The notes beneath the pieces were generated by a model that did not search any database, had not been told where the DNA came from, and saw only the letters and a list, made by a program, of their open reading frames with translations. The translations under genes and the position numbers were made by a program. From Macrostomum lignano (lineage: Eukaryota), in the NCBI GenBank assembly GCA_002269645.1, contig NIVC01000555.1, positions 244,482 to 308,481 on the forward strand: 64,000 nt of DNA, read 5' to 3'. This document shows, piece after piece, positions 47,296-60,344 of this stretch (within the stretch, counting starts at the first letter, position 1; the number at the start of each line of letters is the position of its first letter).

Positions 47296-48079
47296 ACGCT
47301 AACGCAGGTTGAGATCATATATTTAGTTACCAAATTATTGAATTTCGTCGAAATTTCACCACTTCGCTACTTTACTACTCCAAAATTGGAGGCACAGCTT
47401 TTCCTCCAGAAAATAATAGCGTCCACTTTGCTCTTCAGCCCAAATAAGTTTCCCGTGAAGTTCTAATAGAGTAGAAAATTGCTTTGCAAATTGCTTTGAC
47501 AATCTCCAGGTTGATGGAGAGAGAGGGAGTGGAAATCAAAGGGCCGCAGCCAAGAAGCTTTGAGGTTTCCTAAACGGTCTCTTTTGTCTGCTCGGTTTCC
47601 CCCGTTGCTCAACTTTCCGAGTCTCAACTCTGCCGCTTGTCAGTCTGCCTGAGTCCGATCTCAAAGCTCATGCAGCACTGCACGATCAGTTACCTTTTCA
47701 ACCATATATATAAATACGACACATTTTGGCCGCTGTGACTAGGAAACAGTTATATTGTTAATCGATTACGTAACACAATAGGTAAGACGCGCATAAAAGG
47801 AATCGCGGCTGCTCACGCGAGGCGATCGGGGCCGATTGCTGCGAGAAAGGAGATGAGGGAAAGAGAAACATGAGGCAGCCGTTTTATGGCACGCATGGGA
47901 GCCCGGGGCAGCTCAGGTAGCTCCGGGCCAGACGAGTGTCGTCTTCCCTTTATTATTGTTGCCTTCCTTCATGCCCAAGTCTTTTGTAGCCAACCCCAAC
48001 TCGACCTCGATTAAAAAGGGGAACCGAGCAGTGGGGGGTCTCCGTTGCCCCCCCCAACCTCCCCACAGTCACCCAAAGC

Positions 48080-48415
48080 GATCGTTAACTCAGCATCTGG
48101 AGCAGAACCCGAGGAGTTGTCAGGTTCGACTCCTTGCGAGATCCACGCCCGTGAAGGTCCCTTGTTCGATTCCAAATTTGGTGTTTTTGTGCTCGAAAAT
48201 TGGTTGTCGTGATTGTCCACCACCGAGGCACAGAGAGAGTGTACATGCCTGGTGATCAGAAAGTCAGGGCCGCTGTACACCCTGTATTGGTGCACTTGTA
48301 GGTGTTCAGGAATCAGCGAAATGGGAAAGATTTGCCTCAGCGCTGGGTTTAGTGAAGATGTCGTGACAACGCTCATGCAGATATTATTAATATTACTACT
48401 CAGATTTGTATTACT
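48080..48415 (+). mobile_element. tRNA-derived SINE (third copy of the family)
   Basis: A-box-like TAACTCAGCATCTGG, B-box GGTTCGACTCC at 48123-48133, the shared core GGCACAGAGAGAGTGTACATGCCTG…AAAGTCAGGGCCGCTGTACAC, and an (ATT/ACT)n-like tail. Confidence 0.65.
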
Positions 48416-49104
48416 TGTAGAATACTTAAATTATCCACTTTTATTAGTCAAAGCTAATATAGTTAGTGCTTGGCGTTAAATCGGTGCATTGTAGGGAAGA
48501 GTTGGGTTCGCCACTCCAGATCCTCTGCTCAAAGATCTCCTTGCTCAGGTCTCAAGACGCAAATTGGCTTCACGGATTCGGGCGTGCAGCTTTTATTATC
48601 AGACGGGATCTGAAATCACGGATTCTCCGGAGTCTCGGCAGGATGCGTAGTGTCTGATCTGAGCTGCCATGGAGGGAGTGCAGGGTTTCACGTGGCTGTG
48701 CAAAGCATGTGGGATGCGGGTCTCCGGCTACACACCTCATAGCCCTGTGCTCACGAACACTGATCAAATTTAGCCTGAGGTTTCAATTCGGGTAATAATG
48801 CCTGCCTCATATTGTCACTTGAATCGCTTCATCTTTGTTGCGTAACGCCGGTTCTTAGCTCTCCTATTGACTCGATAGAGCTGAAGCTCCTTGGATAAGG
48901 CATCAGAGCTGGTCTTTTGTTCTCAGTAGCTATCTTAAACTGCCGCTTCTATAAAGATGGATGGCAACGTGGAACGAAAAAATCTAATTTAAGCGTATCT
49001 ATTGTTGCAACAGAAGCGCTTTGATTAAATAAATGATTGAATCAATTTGAAAAAAAGGCAAAAATATAGCCTCCTTTACGATGCAAGGAGACCAGATGGC
49101 GCCT

Positions 49105-49318
49105 CTGGTGCTAAAGCCCCTGATGCTTAAGTCCCTGGTGCTAAAGCCCCTGGTGCTAAAGTCCCTGGTGCTAAAGCCCCTGGTGCTAAAGTCCCTGGTG
49201 CTAAAGCCCCTGTTGCTAAAGCCTTTGGTGCTAAAGTCCCTGGTGCTAAAGCCCCTGGTGCTAAAGTCCCTGGTGCTAAAGCCCCTGGTGCTAAAGCCCC
49301 TGGAGCTAAAAGACCCTG
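49105..49318. repeat. 15-bp minisatellite
   Basis: CTGGTGCTAAAG(C/T)CC in tandem. Confidence 0.95.
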
Positions 49319-52300
49319 GAATGACATTATTAATATTGGCATACCTGAGGATAATGATAGGTTTTAGAGTTTCTAGTTTGCAACTCTACTCTGTATTTCA
49401 GTCAAAATGCTCATAGCAGGGCTCATGCTCATGAAACAATTTGGCAAATAAATAATTGATATATTGGGTCTGCTAGCCTTGACAGCAGGAACATTTGTAT
49501 TGCGTCACCAGCAGTATTTTGTGACATGTCAAGGCATGTCAGTCTCCAGCAGTTTTTCACTGCTTTTTCAACCTGCACATTATATGCTACATTTAATCCG
49601 TAGTTCTGTATGCTGCTTTAATTCAACTAGCTCCCATTGCGATGCAGTTCTTATTGAATAGCACCTTTCACCTCAGCATCCGATTGAGCTCTGCTGCACG
49701 ATAGCTTCCGACACATATCAATCAGGCAAAGATTGCCGAGTGAACTGAGTTGTGTGAGCATAATTTTTTTCTGGGTCACTGAACTGCATTTTAGTATTAA
49801 CCTGGCCAAACTCTCCCCACCTCTCTCTCTCTCTGTGTGTCTCCGCCGCCTCTGCAGTTCCTGCTTTCTTTGCTTTCACAACTAACATCTTGGCTCCACT
49901 GTATACCCTCTGACCTCATCAGCTGCTCCCACTTCTAGCAACTCTTCAGCACCTTCTCTTTACTACTATTTTCTCCTGCACCCGCAATTCATCAAGTCGT
50001 CAGTTCCAATAGAATCGGTTGCGCCAATTCTTCAAAATCAGAGAAACAAATCAGAGACAAGGGAACAGAGAGCAGTTCAACGGTTTATCCCGTCTGACAC
50101 CCGTGCCAAGGTACGCATGGCCGCATTAACAGTAGGAATATCAAACCATTTTTGCTGCTCTAAATATTTTTTTAACAGTTCAGAATTGTTAAAGGTATGA
50201 TGAAATAGTTCGATCTGGTGTCCATAGTCGCCTGGTGCCATCTGCTGAAGGTTCAGAAGCTCCACCAGGGTGAAGGCCAGTGACCAACGCTGTGAGCGCT
50301 GATGCAGACACATGTAGTCGACGTGCTGATGAAATTTGGAGGCTTGGCAAGGCTGCACTGAGGCGCAGTGCTGATTGGCGCACAGGGGTGTACTGAATAC
50401 ACTGGCATGACGCTTATGGGAAAAATCCGACCTTCTGGCAGAGTCGATGTGGATCTCGACAGTCTTAAGGGCTTGTAACTTGATTCTTGCTTGAGAAGGT
50501 GTGCAACAAAAACTTCTGTAGAAGTTCTGTAGAATCGCTAGTTCCAGCTGGTAATTCTCACATGCGAGGGTTAGACACGAAGACACTGAGTGTGATGAGG
50601 AAGTCCAGGTCGCAGTCCACCCTGTGTGAGCCTGTTGTACGTGTCCGTGAGTGTGCTTAGGGGTCAGTAGAATGTACATGACTGCCTCTTTATCGACTGC
50701 CGCTTTAATATAGTCAGTGGCAAAAAGCCCCCAGAAGACAAACAAACAAATACCTCGGAGGCAGAAGAACTACAGAAGATCATATTGGGTGATACAGATG
50801 GCTGCCTGCAGCAAGCTCAACTCTCTCGTGGCATATTTAGTGGCCTACCTTTGCCTCCTAAGCACCCCACCCTCAGGGCAGGTGGCAATGAGTAGTTACA
50901 CTCCTAGGTGTTTTTGAGTGGCCAGAGAACTAGCCTACAGGTTGGTCCAGCACTCCAGCGCGCTTTGTCTCTGCAGAGCAAAGCTGTTCTATAGGGGCTT
51001 CTTCGACTTGTGGTGGCGTTTCATTCTTTCTCTCCATAGCCGTTCAAACACTTTTGACTGAGGCTTTGCCCCGAAGCGATCAGTCAGGGAGGGACTCAAC
51101 TCAACTCAAGCCCCCCCCCCTAAGACACTCGTGGTTTCTCGCTAACAATGGGCTTTTGAAGGTAAGATCTGTGGGCCTAAGTTGGGTCACCAACTGGCAA
51201 GTTTTGTTCCTGTATTTTCTTACTGCTTTATAAACAATAACAGCAGGTGTTAATTGCGCCACTGATTCTTCAAGCTTTGGGTTGATGAACTTCAGAAATG
51301 GGAACAGAGTTTTACGAGTTCATCTCAGGTGACAATATAATCCTGGGGATAATTGAAAACCCGAGATGAGCTCTCTAAGTTCTGGGCCACTACAGTCTCT
51401 GATGCAGTTTTCAGGTCGCTAAATTGACACAAATCCGTGGCTCGAGAGGGGGTTCCTTTCGCGTTGAAAATGTGTGAGATGAAAATTTCTCACCCATATT
51501 TCTATCCCTTCTATCCATTTTGAAATCTGTATGTAGGGTGAGAGGGTTTTGTAGCGCATAGAAAAGCTTATAAAAAAATTCAGTTGCTAGGGCGAAACGT
51601 CAGACTCAATTTGCAAAACTCCCAACTAGCTTCTCCCTAATGGCAAATGGGGTTGGTGGGTCAAATTTAGGGCACACGAACTCCTAGAAAAGACTTCGAG
51701 CTGAGTAGTGAAACCGTGGAGCTCTGGGGGGACTGAGGGCAGACGCCGTGGAGGACCGCGGGACTCCGCACCGGTCCATCCGCCTGCGCAACTGTCGAGT
51801 TTTCACCTCCAAGCAGCTTATTTTGCCACTTCCAGCGCCTGCGCACTTGACAGGATAATCCTCTCTGGCCTGGGACAGACTGGCAGATAAGGCGGGATAA
51901 GTTCTGCGTCTGTGTTTGCATTGAAAAACCTCCACCCAATCCACTACTGCGCGCCGATCGATCTGCCTCGATATTCACTCTTGTAATATTTATCCCAATT
52001 CTAGCCCAGATCCCATAGCGCGGTGCGCAATGCCGGTAGTTGATCTGGAGGACGGTTTCCCTGTAAAGAGAGGCAAGATTCTGCAATACCTGAATGCATA
52101 TCTGTCTAGCATTACGAGCTATTCAATCTTAGAGGTAATCCTTGGCACCCTTGAATGACGTAGAGCGTCGTTTATTCGTCAGTCTAATGTAAAAAGGATC
52201 TACTTGCCTGCGATTTCCACAGAAACTTAATTTTTTTTGCTAATTTTGGTTAAAAAAAACTCGTAAACCAACGTAAATTACCCTTCATCATCATTATGAC

Positions 52301-53049
52301 GTAGCGTGACGTAACGTTTATTTACCTACAATCACGTTAATCAACCTTCGAACTATTAGCTACATGTAATTAACCCCCACAATATTAACCCACGTTTTCA
52401 ACGGGATTACAAAATTAACTACAATTACAAATGTGCTGCTCTGTCCTCACGATAGCCAAATGGCGATAATAATACAAACAGAAGTAGAAGGACGCCATGA
52501 TGCGTGAAAAGGACGCCGGAATTCGGTAGCTGTTTCACACTTGCCAGCACAATCGCCAGACCAAGACACAGCTAGCTAATGCGTTGCTAGGCCCTGCCAC
52601 TCGTCCTCTCATTGGCTGTGGCGTCTGCAAAAAACGGGAAAATCCTCACACACACTCAAGCTTAGCCCAAGGAGCGGGGCGAGCCAGTAGCAGGGCTGGA
52701 GGGCCGGGCCAACCGATGCGATAATGGACACGACGAGTGGCCTATATGGAGGGTGCCGGAGGGATGGCTGCCTGACTGTTTTTTCAGTGCGGGCTGGGGA
52801 ACTTCGCTCTCCTGGAATATAATCGACCCCTTCGATTGCCCACTCACTTCGGATCCATCACCTTCTGCTCGCCAATACCGCAGCTCAGCCCCATGAATCC
52901 GGCCAAGGATATGAAAACCGTTATCTGCTGCCCTCTGAGCTGCACTTAAAAGGAGTCCCCTAGGGTTGAACTTTCTGGTCTCGGCGAGAGGTCCACTCAC
53001 ATCGGCTCAGGTAAGTTGCCTTACTTTTCTTAAATCGCATTTCTAAAAG

Positions 53050-53335
<286 letters not shown>

Positions 53336-55259
53336 AAACCTTCTTATGCTACCTGTACTACCAACCGGCCTACGAAGCTATCTATCTATATCTATAGGTA
53401 TAGTTAGGCAGGCAGGTAGTACAGGTAGCATAATGTTATTACCTTAGCGCTGACAGACGTCATAAAGATGGGGATACGTGAGCTTAGAAATATTTGCATA
53501 AGACAGCAGCAGGGAGTACAAGCAAAGCGGACAGGAGATAAGCAGACTCAGGCCGGCCTGATGAGGGCTCGGATCAGCTCTCGGACAGGCTGTCGTCCGA
53601 ACGAATGTTATTTTACGCTGCTCGAGCTCATCGAGTCCTCTTCTCTTTAGAACAGGCCTGGCTCTCCCATCTGCTTCCTATAGTAGAAATGCATTTCCCG
53701 ATAGTAGGAGAGAATTTCGAACAAAGCCAGATCCCCAGTTAGCTAATAGGGGATGCAGCGAACCGTCCTTGCTCAGTTTGTGTCCGAGTTTTTTTATCAA
53801 CTCAGCAGGCCTTTCCCTGACTCATCGTGGCGGACAAATTTGCAACTGTTTTTATAGTACAAATGCCATCGCTATCTCCGCGTGTCATCAGTTTGGCAGC
53901 GGGACAGGAAAAAGGGACGGATTTGAGCCGCTCCCATGCCATCCTTGCAGTTCCAGGTGAACCATGCAGCTGGGCACAGGCAGATCTATCTGCATCTGAT
54001 CTGGGGCGGTCAGGAAATCCTGAGTTAGTTTTGTTATTCTATCTGTGTGTGATTAATTCTTCGGGAAATTGTGCAGCTCGCCGTCCCGCAGACTCTCTAG
54101 CGCTGGCTGGGGGGGGGGGTCAGTCAGACTGGCTCTAACTGTGCTCTCTTTTGGCAACGAATCGCTTAGAGATGGGAGAGAGTGGTGCCGGAGCCCCCCA
54201 TATAGCTCTAATCAGACACTATAAATCAAGTTGCGACTTTAATCCACTAAAAATCTATACAACGATTTCTGCCGCTGTCTGTCTCTCCTTCTCCCCAGTC
54301 TCCGGTGGGATCTGGTCACCTTTCCTGTGGTAATGGGGCATGGCAAATGGCACTAACTAAGGATAAGGTTTTACTGCCAAAAACAGATCCCTCCCCATCC
54401 GGATGCATGAGGATGAAATGCTGAAGCCGACGGATTCTGTGCGCGCATGGTACTGCCTTGTGTCCGGCTGCAATAACCTTTTAATTCGGTGGCAACAAAC
54501 ACGGACCGAGTTTTGTGGCGACGCTGTAACAAGCACGCGGGATGCTGGGACTGACCGAGGGCTCGATGTCGCTATCAGGGTGAACACAAGTTCAAGAAGA
54601 AAGTGGTTTTGCTTGCTGGCCGAGAGACAGAGCTGCTGGCCGAGGTTATAGCAGAAGCAGAAGCAAGCTGCAACGGCTTCTGCAAGCTCTTCATCATCAT
54701 TAAGGGGATATCTAAAAAAATAGTCGGGATTGGGCATTGGGTCAGTCTTGCCAGTTTGTCGATCGGGTGGGAAGTAGAATCCAGAGGATATTCACTTCAC
54801 TCTCTGCCCCCTAATTGAAGGATGCCAAAAAATCCCCAATAACGATCGCATACAAAAATGTTTTCCCTCAATGTCAAGGAAATGAAAATGAATAACTGCT
54901 GCCAGCATGCGGAGCACTGTATTTTATTCATTCAATTCCATTAGTTTGATAAGCCAACGATCTGCCAAATAAGAGCCATGAGCGGTGCGCTTCCATTTGG
55001 CTGATTGCTTCTAAACTCTCTCGGATTTTATAAAGTTTTCTGCACAGCCGAGTGTATTTTCATTTCCTAGATATCTAATAAATTGTTGAACTTGCTTATT
55101 ATAGTTTATTTTCAAAAACCAAGTATTTGCAGGCATTTTAGCAGTAACAGGGCTACTTGACTACCAGTAACAGGCCCAATGCGGCACGCGAAGCCTCTCT
55201 ATCCAGTCCTCGGGTTCTTTGAAATTTCGCTATAGCAATCGGCTCGCTCAAGGTTTGTG

Positions 55260-55700
55260 TCTCTTCTAAGTTCTCTCTTCTCCTCTCTTTTCTCCTCTCA
55301 TCCCCTCTGCTCTCTCATCTCATCTCCTTTCCTCTAATCTCCTCTTCTTTCTACTCTCATTTCCTTTCCTCTTTCCTCTCATCTCCTCTTCTTTCTACTC
55401 TCATTTCCTTTCCTCTCTCATCTCATCTCCTTTCCTCTCATCTCCTCTTCTTTCTACTCTCATTTCCTTTCCTCTTTCCTCTCGTCTCCTCTTCTTTCTA
55501 CTCTCATTTCCTTTCCTCTCTCATCTCATCTCCTTTCCTCTCGTCTCCTCTTCTTTCTACTCTCATTTCCTTTCCTCTCTCATCTCATCTCCTTTCCTCT
55601 CATCTCCTTTTCTTTCTACTCTCATTTCCTTTCCTCTTTCCTCTCATCTCTTCTCTTCTTTCCTCCTTTTCCCTCTCTCCCATTTCTCTTTTTTCCACTC
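55260..55700. repeat. Pyrimidine-rich low-complexity tandem repeat
   Basis: CTCATCTCCTCTTCTTTCTACTCTCATTTCCTTTC variants. Confidence 0.9.
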
Positions 55701-56715
55701 TCCTCTGGCCCGCAACAATGGTTTATATTTCTTGTCTGGCAATAATTTGAAAGAATAATGACAAAATACTTTCTATTTCATCATAAAAAATAATTGAGAT
55801 TTTTTTAATTGATGTGTCAAAACATTTCAACTTTCCAAGATTTTCAGTGCGGATTTTATTAACAAAAAACTTGAAAGCTGAACATTGAAAGCCGCTTCAG
55901 CTTTCGACAAGACACTTGAGTTAAAAAACTATAAGAAGATTTCAAAATGGGTTTGTCCCTGCCTGACCTGCACGACCCCATCGCACTCCTGGCAGCAGGA
56001 CACGTCAGTCTCATGCAATCCCTAACAAATTTCAATATGCCTCTCCCTCTTTGCAGCAAAATGAGGAGCTTCTAGCAGCAAGTGCAGGCAAAATGGATAT
56101 CAATGCAAATGAAATGCGTTGTGCAGTGTCTCGCTCTCTCTCTTGGTATTAATGTTTGCCGTTTCAGACGTAATCCCCCCTCTGCATAGCAGAATTCCAT
56201 TAATGTCAAACACTGCCTGCAGGATGCAACAGCGACAATCCGAGGAGGGTCCCGGAGGTCATCAGGACGTCCTCATCGGGTCCCCCTCCTCCGCTACCAT
56301 AGGCTGTCACCCTCGGCGGCACTCTAAATCCTAAAGGGGATTTCCCAGCGGGATATCAACAACTGGACAGGCAGGGAGGATGAAAGCGGGTCCGAGTTTC
56401 TAATCCCGGGAGCATCTGGCAGAAGCCCCTCTCTTTGACAAACGCCCGGATGAGGCCGGGGATTCTCCCGTGGGAAAGTGAAAAAAAAAACAATTTCGAC
56501 CAAATGTTCTGGGCGAGTGTGCAGCAGAGGGGAAACGCTTTATTTTGATCTGCGAGAGGAAAGACAAACAAGATAGATGAACGAGCAGAATATATTGTTT
56601 CGCATTGAAATTGCGAATTTCAACTGAGTCATGCGAAGGCCAGCATCTGCAACTTGTTCATGAACTGTAGCTAAAATATACAAGACGTTTTTCTTCGCGT
56701 CATTCAGCCCAGTCA

Positions 56716-56752
<37 letters not shown>

Positions 56753-59700
56753 CTCTCTCTCTCTCTCTTTTATTCGATCATGTTTCTTCCTGCCAAATTT
56801 TTGCTTAAAAGGCAATAAAATTTTGCTGACATTTTTTTTCAAGGCAAAAACCTGGCTGCGCAATATGTTTTTTGGCAGTGCCATCAGTATGGCAAGTGAG
56901 CAGTGGGTGAGGAGTCAAGTTCCAAGTTCTGAAAACTTACAAGAAACTGTTTGAAATGACAGTGTAAGTTTGAAGTTTGGCCATAGACATGTATCTAGGC
57001 ACAGAGGTTTCTATTAGCTAGAAGAAAAGTTCTTTTTAAAATCATGTTACTCACAGTTTCCATGGACTCAGATCAACCAGGGGCCGTAGCCTATATAGTG
57101 GTCTAGCCTCGATTCAAACTGCAGCCAAATTAATTTGGGGCTAAATTGGAATCTCGGCTTGGGACTTCTCATAGAATTAACGCCCTTGAAAACCTACCCC
57201 CAAGGCACAGTGAAGTGTACATCTACATGCGTACGTATCCGCGCGTTTGTGTGCCTGCTCAGGGGAGTCGGCGGAATGGCCGGTAAAATTCCTCTCGTCG
57301 GTTGTTTGACAATGTAGCCTAAAGTGCGCCAGGGTGCAATAGCCCCCTGCCTCTATTAATAAAAGATTAGCTAGGGGGGCAAGGGGCTTAGCCCCCTATA
57401 GCTGAAATTTTTTTTGCCCCCCCCCTCAAAACAGCAACAGGTTAAACATCTCCGTTCCCAATTGTTAAACACCTCCCCGACAACTACTTTGGCTTTAGTG
57501 CTGGCATCGTTTGGTGTTGGCGCCCCTCGATTGCGCTCACAGAAACGCCCCTCAATGAAAAATCCTGACGTAACAAGTTAACGGGTAAAACGGAACCATT
57601 CACTTGACTCTTGTAAGCTTCTAGAATCTATTAAACATGGCTCTGGACTTGCTGCTATAGGAGCAATAAACCTGTCACAGAAGTCGGTCGCATTCAGACC
57701 GCGTGGCTTAGTCTGTTCAGGGATAGCGAGATCGGCGCTGTTCCAAAGCTGCCGCGCTTATGTTAGCAATGACTAGCCACTGCTGCACAGCTTGGATCGT
57801 ACCATCCATGCGGTGCGATCCCATGGGATTATTGTGTCCACTTTGGGAGTAGCCCCACAACTTGCATGAGCGCACACCACCCCGCTGGACTGAGCCTTTA
57901 ATTAATCTTCAATTGTGCCCCTAATCAGGGCGGGATTTTATTCCTAGCGTTTGAGCTGGTTGCGAGCGCACGACAGGGGCAGACCAAACCGGGTACTCTG
58001 GGACTGGGAGAAGAGGTAGCAGGTGACAGAGCGAGTTATTTCTCTCTCTCGCTCTCTGTCTCCAAGAGCTTCTGATGCGTGCTAGCCAACAGGCTGTTTT
58101 TTCATTCCCAGACTCATAAAGCAATGTAGATCGACATCAGTTTTCAATTGTCCATTGTATATAACAAAAAACTCCACACGGGACTGGGTAATTGTAGTAG
58201 AAAACTTTCCTAGAGAGTGCCTGTCACAGAAGAGTGAAAAATCAAGCTGGGAATTGGATTTAGGGTCGAGCGGGTTGCCAACGCAGCGAAATTTGTTAAT
58301 CTGAAGAGATGAAATTTGCTGCTCCCCAGAGGGCAAGCGAGACTGACAAGCTGGTGCAAGATAAAAAAACTGGAAGCCCAGAAGAGAAAAAAAATTTTTT
58401 TGACGTACAGCTTGCGACAAAAGATCCGAAACATGCCGCGCTATGCAGGCTAAAGATCAGAATTTCCATCGCAATTTTCTTTTTAAAACGCCCCGCGGGT
58501 GGGTTGGTCGGCCAAGGGAAGCCTTGAACTGCAGCTAAAATTGACTGCCTGTCTGCCTGACTTGGGGCTGCATGGGCTTCGTCAGGTTCCTCTGGCAGCC
58601 CGACAGTTTATCGTGATACCGCGATATTCGCCAAATTAAACACTGAAAATCGCCCCAGCGTCTCCTCCACCACAATCTGATGCCGCGGGAGAGCTTTGCT
58701 GGGCCTGGCGTCAGTTACGCTCGTACAAGGACAAAAAATTCTGCCCCCCCCGCCCTTCGTGGGAACTTCGCAGGGAGTCCTCGATTCTGGAAATAGTCCA
58801 CCAAAGCTCTCGATTGCACTGGAACTTATCGCTGGATTATCCGACAAAAGAAACTGAGAGTTTTTTCAGCCTACTTATAGGCCCTGTGTTTTCTGTCTTT
58901 CATGCTTCGCTGATGGTGGAATTAGCCTAATTTCCAGCGACAATTAGTCACTTCATGCAACGTCAGAAGCACTCTCGCTGCTGCACGCACGATCCTATTC
59001 TAGAATTCCAGAGGTAGTCTCTTGGCCCCGGCTTTCTCATGATATTTGGTTCACGATAATCGGGTCATCGGTTTTGGTGTTTATCAGGATAGTCGTCAAA
59101 ACATCTCCTAAATATATCAAAATATCTCCTATTTAGACCCCTAGAGGCTCATTTTTGACATAATCTAAGAATTTTTAGTGCTCCTGAACAACAACAACAA
59201 ATTGTGCTTTCTATTCCCTCGAGCATCACCTATTTCAAAATCTAATTTGCTTATTTTACACCCTATTTATAAACTGAAAATGCCTCAGCTCCACTGAAAC
59301 TTAATCCCCTTCTAATCTATGAAATGTTTCTGAGCTTTCCCATAACCTCGCACAGTCTGCAGCCTTTCAATATTCGATGCTGGGGAAAACATGCAACAGG
59401 AAGTGAATTCTAGAATCTCTTCCCCAGCAACAAGCAGAAAGAGACATCTCACAATTCTATTTACCTGTCGGTTTCAATATTTGCCCGTTGTTTTGTACCC
59501 GTTTCTGCTGCTCGATCCTTGTTATTTTACGATTCAACATAGCAATTTTCCCTCAGGAGGTGCCCACATAGGAGAAGGATATAGTCTTACCTAGCGAGCA
59601 TGAGAGGACTTGAGCAGCGGGGGGATTCGAAGCAAACCGACAGATAGGTAGGAACGCAGGTAAAACACGCTAAACAAAAAAACACAAAAATGTTGAAAGG

Positions 59701-60344
59701 AAATGCCTCGCTATGGAACAAGACAGCCCATCAACGTTTACCCATCTATCTCCCTACTCATCGCATGGATACAGATGGGTGCAAGTGAAAATGCAGGAGG
59801 CCCTGTGAAAGCAGAATTAGAGAATCGACGAGCTCACGTGTTCTCGGCGAAGCCGGACTCACAAAAGGATAGAAAGGGAAGACAATAATCCAGAGCGACT
59901 GACCGAGCCAGAAGAAGGGTTTCCCGTGTCGCATACTCAGCGGGCAGTCGGGAAGGGGATGGGGAGTCGCCCTTGTATTTTGCTCTTCTCTTTTGAGTCG
60001 TCATCTTTGGTTTGCTGCATTTCCATTATGATATAATATTTCCCATTGAGTGTATAGTTCGAGCTAAATAGCCGGATAAATAAACCGTCATGGCCTAAGT
60101 TATACACGAAAAGCAGTTTAACCCACGAATTTATGGCATAGTCAGGATAAATCACACAATCAAGTCGTCTTTAAAAGGCGACCAATATTTTTCTTGACGC
60201 TTGAGTGCCTTCTTGAGCATGGCTGATTGAAAAACTTTCCTCCCCGCAGATAATCGACAGCTTAAATCTTAACCACGTCAGTTCAAGCCATGGCTCTCGG
60301 AGCAATCTAGCGCCGCGATTGACCTTCGAATTCTTGGGACAGCG

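Noticed and set aside
48080-48150. tRNA gene
   Set aside because: It has A- and B-box-like motifs but no convincing cloverleaf, and it continues into a body shared with other copies, so it is treated as a SINE head.
49081-49416. Collagen-like or LVLKP repeat ORFs
   Set aside because: Translations of a 15-bp minisatellite.
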